Both the position numbers and the translations under genes were made by a program. Positions 37,501-46,440 of a stretch of 64,000 bases of DNA are shown piece after piece (position 1 is the stretch's first letter; the number at the start of each line of letters is the position of its first letter). The DNA comes from Clostridia bacterium (GTDB taxonomy: Bacteria; Bacillota; Clostridia; TANB77; CAG-508). Location: the NCBI GenBank assembly GCA_017625035.1, contig JAGALX010000014.1, positions 9,437 through 73,436 on the forward strand, written 5' to 3'. The notes under the pieces are model-generated. The model had not been told where the DNA came from and searched no databases. It saw only the letters and a program-made list of their open reading frames with translations.

Positions 37501-39601
37501 TCCATTCAACTGTTGAATTTGAATATTCTGGTGATAAGTATATTGTTAAATCTTTTGTTTTTTCTTTATAATCTTCATTTAGATTTAATGTAACGTCTTT
37601 TGGATCTACATATGAATTTTCTTCACTTGCAGCTTGATTTATTACAACTTTACATACATCTGTTAAAATTCTTTCTTTTCCATCTGCAGTATCTTCTGCT
37701 GGAACTGTAGCTGTTACTGTTATTTCGACTTCACCTACTTCTACAGGTGTTACTACTCCGTTTTCATCAACTGTTGCAATACTTTCATCTGATGAACTCC
37801 AAGTTATAACAGCATCTGGATAAGGATTTGTTTTTGGTGTTAATTTATATGTTAATTGTTTTGTTTCACCACTATCTAATTCTGTTGTCCAAGTATTTGG
37901 ATCTATAATTATACTTGTTGCTGGATTTTTTACAACTACATATATAGTTGCTGTATTTCCATCCTCATCTGTTACAGTTATAATTGTATTTCCTTTTGAT
38001 ATACCTGTTATGTTTCCTTCTGAATCAACCTCTGCTATATCAGGATTTCTTGATTCCCAAGTTAAAGTTCCTGTTGCTCCAGTTGCTTTTATTTTTTCAA
38101 TATCGCCTATATCTAATGTTAGTTTATTTGGTTCTAACTTTATAGGACTTTCTGCTTCTGGAAATGGATTAACAAGTGTTGTATCATCTTTTCCATCTGT
38201 TCCATCTTTTCCTTTTAATTTATCTAAATTATCAAAACGTTTTAGAATCATTCTTTGTATGTCACTAACATCTAACATATCATCATATGCATATAAATTT
38301 GCTGCTATTTTATAAACATCTGTTGCTTTTTTCTTATATACATAGTCTTTTCTGATTACATCAATGTCATTATTATCACAAAATGTTGTATTACCATCTG
38401 CATCTCCATATAAAACCACATTATACTCTGCTACTTCATCTTCATAGCCTAATGTGTTTGCAGATACTTTGTATCCTGTTCCTATTGCATTTCCTTTTTG
38501 TACTTCATTTCCATTTTTATCTACTACTTTTTGAAGTTGTAAATTATTACCAGCAAAAACTCCATCTGCTCCATCAATATCTGATTGAACTAAATTTTGT
38601 CCATATTTAAATGAATCATTTGGGCTAATTGCAACTACGTTTGATACGTCTTCTAATTTTGTAAATATTCCTGATTTTATTTTTGTTGTATCTATATTTG
38701 TAAAGGCTTGTGTAATATTTGGTAATGTTAACATACCTACTAATGGTATTATTACAAATAATTTTCTATATTTTTTATATCTTATGAATATAACTGCTCC
38801 TACTGCAAAAAATACTATTCCTATAATAAAAAATGTTTTTTTACTACCTGCTTGAGGAATCACATCATTATATTGTGAATTATCTTCTTCAGTAACATTT
38901 TTAGGCTCAGTTACTGTTACTTTTACCTCAGCTGTTTTTCCATCTTTGTCGGTTACTTTTATAATTGTAGTTCCTGGGTTTATTCCTGTAACATTTCCAT
39001 TTTCATCAACTTTAGCTATATTTTCATCTTTTGATTCAAATTTTAAACCATCTTTATTTGATGTTATTACTTTTGTTTCTCCAACTTGCAATTCCATATC
39101 TGTTGGATTTACAGTTAAATCAATTGGAACATATATTGTTACAGTTTGTAATTTTCTTCCTGCAACTTCTGTATCTGAATATGTATAGTCTTTTGTTGTT
39201 ATGAATTTTGGACCTTCTTCTTCTAATCCGCAAACAACGAAATCTCCAGAACTTGTTTTAGTAACCTCCTTTGCTTTAAATTTAAATTTAAATGATTTTA
39301 CACCTACTGGTGTATTACTTATTTCTGTATACATCCATGAAATATTTCCCTCTTTTTCATATACAGAAGCTGTCATATTTTGCACATCTACTCCTACATA
39401 AGTAAATAGGTTGCTATCATAAGTAATATGTCCGTTGGCTAAATATGTATTTTCATCTACTGCTAGTTCTACTGTAAATGTTTCGCCAGGACTTACTTGA
39501 GCTGGTGTATTACCAAAGTTCATCTCGTATGCATTCGTTTTTAGACAAAATACTACAAAAAGCAAAAACATTATTGATAATACTTTTTTCATTTTACTCA
39601 T
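31571..39601 (-). CDS. Giant (2676 aa) surface protein: signal peptide, cohesin-like domain, Big_2, internal TM hairpin, about 20 Big_2-type Ig repeats, beta-helix-like region, C-terminal dockerin-like repeats
   Basis: Signal peptide MSKMKKVLSIMFLLFVVFCLKTNA. Cohesin-like GETFTVELAVDE..GHITYDSNLFTYVG. Many Big_2 signatures (W.SSD.S.ATVD..G.VTG...G...ITA). Dockerin-like GDVNLDGTVSLIDQ ... ADLNESKTINPIDVDILLKYI. Confidence 0.85.
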   Translation of the reverse strand: MSKMKKVLSIMFLLFVVFCLKTNAYEMNFGNTPAQVSPGETFTVELAVDENTYLANGHITYDSNLFTYVGVDVQNMTASVYEKEGNISWMYTEISNTPVGVKSFKFKFKAKEVTKTSSGDFVVCGLEEEGPKFITTKDYTYSDTEVAGRKLQTVTIYVPIDLTVNPTDMELQVGETKVITSNKDGLKFESKDENIAKVDENGNVTGINPGTTIIKVTDKDGKTAEVKVTVTEPKNVTEEDNSQYNDVIPQAGSKKTFFIIGIVFFAVGAVIFIRYKKYRKLFVIIPLVGMLTLPNITQAFTNIDTTKIKSGIFTKLEDVSNVVAISPNDSFKYGQNLVQSDIDGADGVFAGNNLQLQKVVDKNGNEVQKGNAIGTGYKVSANTLGYEDEVAEYNVVLYGDADGNTTFCDNNDIDVIRKDYVYKKKATDVYKIAANLYAYDDMLDVSDIQRMILKRFDNLDKLKGKDGTDGKDDTTLVNPFPEAESPIKLEPNKLTLDIGDIEKIKATGATGTLTWESRNPDIAEVDSEGNITGISKGNTIITVTDEDGNTATIYVVVKNPATSIIIDPNTWTTELDSGETKQLTYKLTPKTNPYPDAVITWSSSDESIATVDENGVVTPVEVGEVEITVTATVPAEDTADGKERILTDVCKVVINQAASEENSYVDPKDVTLNLNEDYKEKTKDLTIYLSPEYSNSTVEWKIEDGRDEIKFTDTSDTTAKTVTVEGLKVTDKDVKVTVTVTNKNPELPGFTKDVVVRVIKSASEIKDVIGKNPNDVNDPNKDDNIIDGSVYPIVDGTLILPNNSTYYMGVEYDPEDSTSAVEWSSENENIATVEGIEDTIGKITTAKEQQGNTTIKATTTDKGVESDPVKVYVAKIELAGTNTVEEGLDIEDIVANIYPTDLKSNAIKWETENPEIATVDENGKVHGVKEGKTTLTATLCASDGSKTAVKATMEITVNPKLDIADDETGDKITDKTEIIMNADTIRTLSTNVNGDILNVEIIDNDECLDGVQPTDGKINIDAANKTGVATIKISYKNGVTEVINITVIVGKMTIVPEQNEIFQNESTRINVESLAPSALLIKNETVKWSIDDKNTVAKDATIKASGRESAILTAGEQTGKVTLIAEYGETGITATCEVTIKKELEITSGDTLIVPKGKTETIQTNYDNSQLTFKSNSTTIATVGEKTGVVTGVKEGETTITVTTPDGQTKDVQVTVASIELTGKDSVEVGQETTLTASIKPDSLKNNRVVWSSSDTSVATVDSNGRVTGIAQGTTTITATMLDNNGNPTNVKAKKEITVNPKLDLNVSDTIILKVGGTIDITNNSGLNDELLSFTSADDSIADVDNEGVVTGNKAGTTYVTVKYKSGETSTIKVTVIVGTLKIDESRKMKLGNFAQINKTVTPTTLETYGIVWSSSNPSVAEVGSSTGLVIAQGVGTAKITARIAGTDIVSNECTITVKDDIIITAEDILLAKGEKGTVPYEYDGDSADIQWSMSSTDIATVSNGTITANNKVGTAVVTAKNKVTGQSDTANVIVGDITLAGDNQVEVGKYTTITPTIGPDAIKNNRVSWTSSDPSKATVDPSGRVTGIAQGTTTITAVVLDKDGNPTNIKATKTITVNPELNLTSKDTIILAVDGTSQITTNASKDILSYETSNSSVATVNETGLVTGNSVGEATITVQYESGETSTITVKVIVGEIILTNTTVKVGATKEVPRTINPTILESYGVTWESSDTSVAEVGTSTGIVTGKKVGTATITATIKGTKISNTCTVTVTDDVIINEDEIVVAVNQTLSVPFEYNGDKTKINWKVSDTKAQVTKNTDGTVSIKGLTSGTTTLTAVNTTTNKQTIVNVTVIDLTIDSVTSLVVGEMTGVNTNIAPIDLTGYTLKYESSNDSIFTVNNSGLITAKGVGRAVLTVTLTKGNATISRTRTIVVSKSSTTIEGQYGDILTNAKIDTVVGHTPIALKATGTSSEASFTWTSSNTNVATVNSNGQVTIKSAGETTITVTDNVAGGNTVTVTVNVIGASITGNDKIYSPGYSEIGEPNTVSLTSSISPSPISGAQVTYKWDSEDEDIATVNPNTGLVTGITEGTAKITLTATVSGNYGGEVKAQTDIQVEDNSVAQVISIENGITTVTRHSTVTSAINKANDTDTIMLLKNISDEKRFYKVSSSTASVGTAISVSDKVTLDLNGYSIRKAGTDSAFALKNNSNMTITDSKGSGSINLTTKVITMQGNARLTINGGTINGTYSAIENNGTGPINIYINEDTNSSVKVTSTDSDKATIQTKGNIKIGNSTDEKIYVSQSKYNNGTIEFESDETSRPELYIGGGKYAIEIVDNTSSDVPANIYWYNGELKGKTQAIYFDIDLDISSIYQIKLSENYSKWVARGIKYCRIEGKNTNIEDIICEIETNMYYDELNFVYGDVNLDGTVSLIDQVYINQISSGILSYNDIQFKAADLNESKTINPIDVDILLKYIIEAIDCLPVEKEAYNIYSEIYTNRLSMVSNIKTEIPIDIQTEGLEYAKISKVQLTNRDKTTYIDLKNTDYMIENNKYITFLKSLDELEDEYADSNVNRIIVTIETPLGEIAFFITAIEDIADSFEPGDFTCDNGLNSSDYVLYKSILNGELDILNYPAIQEREEEFESYLKIEKGYTDAELTNNNKLYELRKLIIINSYKNK

Positions 39602-39924
39602 TTTTTATCCTCCTTTGTATAATTATATACTTTTATTATATAAAATGACATGCGTAAATTCAATATTTTGAGGAATTTGTTAAGTAATCGTAATATTTTC
39701 GTAACATTTTTGTAATATTTTTTGTTTTTATTTGCAAAATTTTGTAAATGTTATGCACATAAGGAAATAGAACAAAAAAATATTGTATTAAATTACTTTT
39801 ATATTGAGAAAAATACTATAAACCTTAATTTATGATTCAAGTTTTCTATTATACAAAAGAGAAGTAAAAAATGAATAGATAAAAACTATCATTTTTTACT
39901 TCTCCTTTTACATATTTAATATTT

Positions 39925-40533
39925 TTATTTATATCTATTTGCTCTGCTTTTTCTCCTATTTTTCTTACTTTTATTTGCAATTTTAATTATTATAGCAAAA
40001 ATTATTAATATTATTAGTACAATCATTACAACATTCATCCAATTTTGATTACTTTTATTTTTTAATGTAATAACCTGCTCTGCCTCGTCTATTACTAATG
40101 TTAAATTTGTATCAAACACACTTAATTTATTAAATTTTATTTCTGTAGTATCAAATTCCACTCCATCTTTTACTTTAAATCCAATAGTTACTATATTTGA
40201 TTCAACATTAGCAATATCTATTATTGTAAATTTATTATCTTGAGTTAATTTAAAATATTCTACTTTATCTGACAGATTTTTGTATTTTTTTCCATTATCA
40301 TAAGAAACAATTTCTAATAAATTTGTGTCATATGCGATTTGTCCATCAATTTCCGCTATATTTTGATTATCTCCTTTAGTTATAGTTATTTCTATTATTT
40401 CTCCTGCTTTTACTAAATTGTCCTTTTTCGAAGAATTTAGTGAAATTACATTTGCACTAGATGTTTTTAATATATTAAATATAACAAAAAGTATAAATAT
40501 AATGCATAATTGCTTTTTAATTTTATTTCTCAT
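39925..40533 (-). CDS. Membrane-anchored cohesin-like protein (202 aa)
   Basis: Signal peptide, GEIIEITITKG..IAEIDGQIAYDTNLLEIVS (cohesin-like), then a C-terminal TM helix plus a basic tail KSKKNRRKSRANRYK. It is a paralog of the first ~280 aa of the giant protein. Confidence 0.6.
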   Translation of the reverse strand: MRNKIKKQLCIIFILFVIFNILKTSSANVISLNSSKKDNLVKAGEIIEITITKGDNQNIAEIDGQIAYDTNLLEIVSYDNGKKYKNLSDKVEYFKLTQDNKFTIIDIANVESNIVTIGFKVKDGVEFDTTEIKFNKLSVFDTNLTLVIDEAEQVITLKNKSNQNWMNVVMIVLIILIIFAIIIKIANKSKKNRRKSRANRYK

Positions 40534-40629
40534 AGTCTATCTCCTTATATTTTACATCAATAATATTTTCATAGCCTATTTTTATAGCGTTCTTACACTA
40601 TCAAAGCTATTTTTATATTTAATTCACGA

Positions 40630-43600
40630 TTACTTCCCTTGTGCAAGTTTCATTGAAAGAAGTTTACTAATTCCGTTTTCTTCCATTGTTACACCATATA
40701 CAGTATCTGCCGCTTCCATTGTTCCTTTTCTGTGTGTTATAACTAAGAATTGTGTATCACCACAGAATTTTTTCAAATATTCAGCATATCTATAAACATT
40801 TACATCATCTAGAGCTGCTTCAATTTCGTCTAAAATACAGAATGGAGCTGGATTTATTTTTAGTATTGCAAATAATAAAGCAATAGCTGTAAATGCTTTT
40901 TCTCCTCCTGAAAGTAACGTCATATTTTGTAGTTTTTTACCTGTAGGCTGTGCTTTTATATCTATTCCACATTCTAATACATTTTCTTCATCTTCTAATA
41001 TTAGCTCTGCTTTTCCGCCTCCAAATAGTTGGACAAATACTTCATTGAAGTTTTTGTTTATTAATTTGAATTTTTCTATGAATTGCTTTTTCATTGTGTC
41101 TGTTATTTCAGAAATCATTTTTCTAAGTTTCGCAGTAGTATTTTCTAAATCTAATCTTTGTTCACACATGAAATCATAACGCTCTTTTGTTTTTTTGTAT
41201 TCTTCGATAGAATCTATATTTATACTTCCTAAATCTTTAATTTCTGAGCGAATACTGTTTACTTCTTTTTGAGTATTTTGAACATTTTCAACTTTTTTAT
41301 AATCACTTACATTATTTGGTGTAAGTTCATATTCATCCCATAAATTATTGACAACTGTATCTATATCTTGCTCTAATTTAGCTTTCTTTACATCGATTTT
41401 TACTAAATTTCCTTTTAGGTCTTCTAATAAATTAAATTGGGCTGTTATATCTTTTTCAATTTTTTCAGACTCTTTATTTTTTTCTAATCTTTCATTTTTT
41501 AATTTTTCGATTGTTTCACTACTTATTGATACATTATTTTGTATTTCGGTTATTTGATTTTTTAAATTTTCAATTTTTTCTTTAAGCTTAATATCTTCAT
41601 TTTTTAATTCTTCTATTTCTTTTGTTTTTACTTCAATTGCGTTATTGTAATTTTCAATATCTTTTTCAATACGTTCAACCATTTCATCTATTGAAGATCC
41701 ACTTTCATCGAATGAAGATACTGATATTTTTAAATTTGTTATATCAAAATTTAAATCATCTATATATTTTTGGTTTTCGCTATTTTTTTCTGCAAATTCT
41801 TTTATTACTATAGATAATTCATTGATTTCTTTTTCTATTTCTTGTATAGATTTTAAAATTTCCTCTTTTTGAGATTTTATGTTTTGTTTTTGTTCTTGTA
41901 TTTTTTTATCTTCATCTCTTAATTTTTGTAATGTTGTTTCTAATCTTGATACAGACTCTTGTACTGAAACCATTTTTTGTTTTTCGGTTGCGTATACAAT
42001 ATTTACTTCTTGTAACTTCTGCTCTAATACTTTAGATTCTTCTATAAATTCTGATATTGAATCTTCATATTCTTCTTTGCTTAATTTTATTTCTTGTAAG
42101 CTTTTTTGTAGAGATTTTATTTCTGCTGCTAATGATTCAATTTCTCTTCCTCTTCCTAAAATATTTACTGTTTTTTGAGCTACAGAACCACCTGTTATTG
42201 CTCCAGAAGCATTTATTATATCACCTTTTACAGTGACAATTCTGAAAGCATATTTATTTTCTTTTGCTAGGACTATTCCTGTGTCCATATTGTCAACTAT
42301 AACAGTTCTTCCAAGTAAGTTATACACAATTTGTTCGTACTTTTTATCATATTTTACTAAATCTGCTGCAACTCCTATTAATCCAGGAAATTTACCTTTT
42401 ATTTTTTCTACTTTGCTTCCTTTAATTGAAGTTATAGGTAAGAATGATGCCCTTCCTAAATTGTTTGCTCTTAAGTGATTTACTAGTTTTTTTGCTACTT
42501 CTTCATTATCTGTTACTATATTTTGAAGCATTCCACCAAGTGTCATTTCTATTGCTGTTTCGTATTGTTTTTCTACAGAAATCAAATTTGCTAATATCCC
42601 ATGTACACCTTTATTTAGTTCGCTATTTTTGTCACAATCAATTAATAGTGATTTTACAGCTTTAGTATATCCTTCTTTTTCTTTTTCGGTTTCTACTAAG
42701 AATTTATGTCTTGAATCTTTCATTCTTAATTCATAAGAAATTTTTTCTATTTTATTATTAAATTCTTTTATTTTATTTTCTATTTCTGCCTTTTTATTTG
42801 AATTTTCTTCTATTTCTTTTGTTATATTATTTTTTTGATTTTCAATTTTGCTAAATTCTTTTGACATTTCTTGTTTTTGGTCTCTTGATTTATCTAGCTC
42901 TGAAATAGTTTCTGCAATTTCATTTTTTATGCTTTTTTGTCTTTTTTCTAAGTTTTCAAAGTTTGCATTTAAAGAGCTTATTTCTATATTTTTTTCATAT
43001 TTAGTATCAGTATTTTTTTCAATAATTTGTTTTTTTGATTCTATTTCAAGCTCTTGTGATGATAAGTTTTCAGTCAATTTGCTTAATTCAGATTCTTTTT
43101 CTTGTAGCTCTTTTTCGAATTTTTCTTTGCTTGAAAATAATGAATCTTTTTTCTGTTTTTTTGCATCTTTTTCATCTTGCAAATCTTTTATTTTTTGTTT
43201 TGCATCTTCTACTTCTGATATTAATCTTTCGTTATTTTCTTTGTTGTGTAATATTTTTTCATTTGAAATTCCTATTTCTGAATTTATTTTTTCAATTTGA
43301 TTAGTACTTTCAAAGCCTAAGTTTTGGCACTTTTCAATTTCTTCTGTTAATTTATCTATTTGATTTTTTAAGCTTATTTTATTAGCTTGCATTGTATTTA
43401 ATTTTTCATCTTCATCATTTTTTTGTGCTTCAATAATTTTTAAATCTTCAACAACTTGAGCTAATTTTTCTTTATATGATTCAATATTATATATGAATAA
43501 TCCAACTTCTATATCTTTTAATGATTCGTGCAATTCTAAAAATCTTTTCGCTTTTTCTGATTGAATTCTAAGTGGAGCCAATCCTGCTTCTATTTCTGAT

Positions 43601-44184
43601 AATATATCATTTATTCTTAATAAATTTAATTTAGTTTGCTCTAACTTTTTTTCAGATTCAGATTTTCTTGCTCTGAATTTTACAATTCCAGCAGCTTCTT
43701 CAAATATGTGTCGTCTGTCCTCTGATTTGTTACTTAATATTTCGTCTATTTTACCTTGTCCAATTATAGAATATCCATCTTTACCAATTCCTGTGTCCAT
43801 AAATAGCTCTAATATATCTTTTAGTCTACATGGAACTTTATTTATAAAATATCCGGTTTCACCGCTTCTATATATTTTTCTTGTAACAATTACTTCTGCA
43901 TATTCTACAGGCAATTCACCATCTGAGTTATCTATTACAATAGAAGCTTCTGCAAATCCTAAAGATTTTCTGCTTTGTGTTCCAGCAAATATTATATCTT
44001 CTGATTTGGCACCTCTTAATGATTTCATACTTTGTTCACCAAGAACCCATCTTATACTATCTGAAATATTACTTTTTCCAGAACCATTTGGTCCAATTAC
44101 GGCTGTAATTCCTGGCTTAAATTCTAAAACGGTTTTATCTGCAAATGATTTAAATCCTTGTAATTCTAATCTTTTTAAGTACAT
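40630..44184 (-). CDS. smc: Chromosome segregation protein SMC
   Basis: MYLKRLELQGFKSFADKT..GPNGSGKSN (Walker A), long coiled coils, a hinge, and LSGGEKAFTAIALLFA / ILDEIEAALD. Confidence 0.95.
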   Translation of the reverse strand: MYLKRLELQGFKSFADKTVLEFKPGITAVIGPNGSGKSNISDSIRWVLGEQSMKSLRGAKSEDIIFAGTQSRKSLGFAEASIVIDNSDGELPVEYAEVIVTRKIYRSGETGYFINKVPCRLKDILELFMDTGIGKDGYSIIGQGKIDEILSNKSEDRRHIFEEAAGIVKFRARKSESEKKLEQTKLNLLRINDILSEIEAGLAPLRIQSEKAKRFLELHESLKDIEVGLFIYNIESYKEKLAQVVEDLKIIEAQKNDEDEKLNTMQANKISLKNQIDKLTEEIEKCQNLGFESTNQIEKINSEIGISNEKILHNKENNERLISEVEDAKQKIKDLQDEKDAKKQKKDSLFSSKEKFEKELQEKESELSKLTENLSSQELEIESKKQIIEKNTDTKYEKNIEISSLNANFENLEKRQKSIKNEIAETISELDKSRDQKQEMSKEFSKIENQKNNITKEIEENSNKKAEIENKIKEFNNKIEKISYELRMKDSRHKFLVETEKEKEGYTKAVKSLLIDCDKNSELNKGVHGILANLISVEKQYETAIEMTLGGMLQNIVTDNEEVAKKLVNHLRANNLGRASFLPITSIKGSKVEKIKGKFPGLIGVAADLVKYDKKYEQIVYNLLGRTVIVDNMDTGIVLAKENKYAFRIVTVKGDIINASGAITGGSVAQKTVNILGRGREIESLAAEIKSLQKSLQEIKLSKEEYEDSISEFIEESKVLEQKLQEVNIVYATEKQKMVSVQESVSRLETTLQKLRDEDKKIQEQKQNIKSQKEEILKSIQEIEKEINELSIVIKEFAEKNSENQKYIDDLNFDITNLKISVSSFDESGSSIDEMVERIEKDIENYNNAIEVKTKEIEELKNEDIKLKEKIENLKNQITEIQNNVSISSETIEKLKNERLEKNKESEKIEKDITAQFNLLEDLKGNLVKIDVKKAKLEQDIDTVVNNLWDEYELTPNNVSDYKKVENVQNTQKEVNSIRSEIKDLGSINIDSIEEYKKTKERYDFMCEQRLDLENTTAKLRKMISEITDTMKKQFIEKFKLINKNFNEVFVQLFGGGKAELILEDEENVLECGIDIKAQPTGKKLQNMTLLSGGEKAFTAIALLFAILKINPAPFCILDEIEAALDDVNVYRYAEYLKKFCGDTQFLVITHRKGTMEAADTVYGVTMEENGISKLLSMKLAQGK

Positions 44185-44257
44185 CTTTTTCACCTTTCAT
44201 ATGTAAATTTCTTTGTATATAATATATTAAATTTGGCAATTAATCAAGGAATTTTTT

Positions 44258-44358
44258 GGCGACGCATTCGAAATGTATTTGGCTGTATTTGGGAACGCGT
44301 TAAAAATACATCTATATCACCATAAAGGACGGAGAAAGTGAATCACTTTCTCCGTCCC
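44258..44358. repeat. Cluster of dispersed-repeat motifs upstream of smc and downstream of gdpP
   Basis: GGCGACGCATTCGAAATGTAT (44258-44278), GGGAACGCGTTAAAAATACATC (44291-44312) and the hairpin GGACGGAGAAAGTGAATCACTTTCTCCGTCC (44328-44358). Confidence 0.6.
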
Positions 44359-44364
44359 CATAAA

Positions 44365-46380
44365 TTATATACTTTCAATAAAATACTCATTAATTCTATT
44401 AATTAATTCCTGTTTTACCTCATCTATACTCAAACCTTCAATTTGAGCACCTGCAAGTGTTATGTGACCTCCACCTCCAAGTTTTTCTAATATTACTTGA
44501 ACATTTATATCACCAATAGAACGTCCGCTTATAAATACTTTTTCACCATTTACACCAATAACAAATGATGCATTAATGTCACTTATAGTTAATAAAGTAT
44601 CCGCTGCTTTTGCACAAATTATATTTGCATTAGTATCTTTTTCATTATATACAGCAATTGCAATACTGTCATACACAACATCTGCACTAGATACAATTTC
44701 TGATATTGTATTATATGTGTCTAAATCACTTTGGAACCATTTTTTTACTTTTATAATATCAACACCACATCTACGCAAATATGCTGCTGCTTCGAATGTT
44801 CTAACACCTGTTTTGAATGTAAAGTTTTTTGTATCCATCATTATACCAGCATATAATGACTCTACTTCTATTGTAGATAATTTTATATCATTTTTTGAAT
44901 ACACAATTAATTCTGTAACAAGCTCTGCTGCAGATGATGCATATACTTCTTGGAATGATAAAATTGGATTTTCTATATATTCTGTGCTCATTCTGTGATG
45001 ATCTATTATTGCAATTTTGCTTGTTTTTTCTAATAACTCTGGTGCTTCTACATAAGTTCTTTTATTTGTATCTACTACAATAACTAAACTGTTTGAATTT
45101 GCAATTTCTAATGCTTTATCTTTTCCTATAAAAACATCGTTATAAATAGTTTCTTCTTTTAGAGATTCTATAAATTTACCTAAACTCATACCATATGTTT
45201 CATTAACAATATAAGCATCTTTACCTAAAGTTTTAGCAATTCTATAAATTCCTAATGATGAGCCCATTGAATCGATATCTCCATTGCTATGCCCCATTAT
45301 TAAAATATTTTCGGAATCCATCATGATTTCTTCTAAAGCTTGAGCAACAATTCTAGCCTTAACTTTAGTTCTTTTTTCAAGCTCTTCTGTTTTTCCTCCA
45401 AAGAAAATATATTTACCATTTTCTCTTACTACTGCTTGATCTCCACCACGACCTAATGCAATATCAATACCGTCTTTGGCGTTTTTATATTTTTGATAAT
45501 TATTTTCACCTTCATTTGATATTGATATACTAAGTGTTGCTTGAACTTTTTCTGGAATGTTAATTCCTTTTATAACATCTAATATAGCAAATTTTCCTTC
45601 TTCTAGATGTTTTAAGTTTTGTTGTTCACAAATTAGCACAAATGTATCTCTTTCAGATTTTATTATTAAACCTTTAAATTCATTTGCCCATTCATATATA
45701 TTTTTTTCTATTTTTGCTAAAATTTGGCTTTGATCTTCTCCATCAATTCTTTGCATTGTTTCTTCATAATTATCAATTTTTATAATACCAACGCATACTC
45801 TTGAGTTTTCAAAGTTTTCTAATATTTTTTCTTTTTCAGTTTCGTCTAGAAAATATAATGTAACCATATATTCTTTTTCGCTTTTTTTATCATTTGATTT
45901 TGTTTTTATATATTCTCCTATGACTTTATATTTCTTTTTTTCAACTACAATATTAGTTATAACTTTGTTATCTTTTATTTTTTGATTATTTTCAATTTCT
46001 AATTTTATTTCTTTTAATAATTTATTAAAATATTTACTAATATCACCTTTATTAAATTCTTGCATGAATTTTGCATTTTTCCATATAATATTGCCATTTG
46101 TTTCTGCAATTAACAATGGAAATGGCGAATTTATTAATGATCTTTTTGATACTTTGTCTACATTAAAGTTTAATTCTTTTATATGTTCAGATAATTCTGC
46201 TTTTCTTTTATTATCTGTCCAAAATGCATATATAACTATAAATATATAAATAATTATAGCTGGTATTATACATACTGGTTTCATAATGCAAATTAGTATT
46301 AATAATATTGCTATTATTACTAAATAAACTTTGGTTTTCGACACGAGGTTATCAAAAAATTTCATATTATTATTTGACAT
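44365..46380 (-). CDS. gdpP: GdpP-like membrane DHH/DHHA1 phosphodiesterase (c-di-AMP PDE)
   Basis: Two N-terminal TM helices, a PAS/degenerate GGDEF region, HSNGDIDSMGS, IIDHHR and GGGGH motifs. Confidence 0.85.
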   Translation of the reverse strand: MSNNNMKFFDNLVSKTKVYLVIIAILLILICIMKPVCIIPAIIIYIFIVIYAFWTDNKRKAELSEHIKELNFNVDKVSKRSLINSPFPLLIAETNGNIIWKNAKFMQEFNKGDISKYFNKLLKEIKLEIENNQKIKDNKVITNIVVEKKKYKVIGEYIKTKSNDKKSEKEYMVTLYFLDETEKEKILENFENSRVCVGIIKIDNYEETMQRIDGEDQSQILAKIEKNIYEWANEFKGLIIKSERDTFVLICEQQNLKHLEEGKFAILDVIKGINIPEKVQATLSISISNEGENNYQKYKNAKDGIDIALGRGGDQAVVRENGKYIFFGGKTEELEKRTKVKARIVAQALEEIMMDSENILIMGHSNGDIDSMGSSLGIYRIAKTLGKDAYIVNETYGMSLGKFIESLKEETIYNDVFIGKDKALEIANSNSLVIVVDTNKRTYVEAPELLEKTSKIAIIDHHRMSTEYIENPILSFQEVYASSAAELVTELIVYSKNDIKLSTIEVESLYAGIMMDTKNFTFKTGVRTFEAAAYLRRCGVDIIKVKKWFQSDLDTYNTISEIVSSADVVYDSIAIAVYNEKDTNANIICAKAADTLLTISDINASFVIGVNGEKVFISGRSIGDINVQVILEKLGGGGHITLAGAQIEGLSIDEVKQELINRINEYFIESI

Positions 46381-46440
46381 ATATCAATCCTCTTCTTTCA
46401 TCTTCAGATATCACTATTTTACGCTATTCTGAAGTATTTG

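Noticed and set aside
38845-38860. IPQAGS as a sortase (LPXTG-type) sorting motif
   Set aside because: It does not match LPXTG or known variants well enough, so only the hydrophobic-plus-basic anchor architecture is reported.
32514-39401. Numerous plus-strand ORFs (60-150 aa) antisense to the giant surface-protein gene
   Set aside because: These are shadow ORFs. They are low-complexity (L/F/V/S-rich) translations of the opposite strand of a continuous 8-kb ORF with clear domain signatures, and none has an RBS or a recognisable motif.
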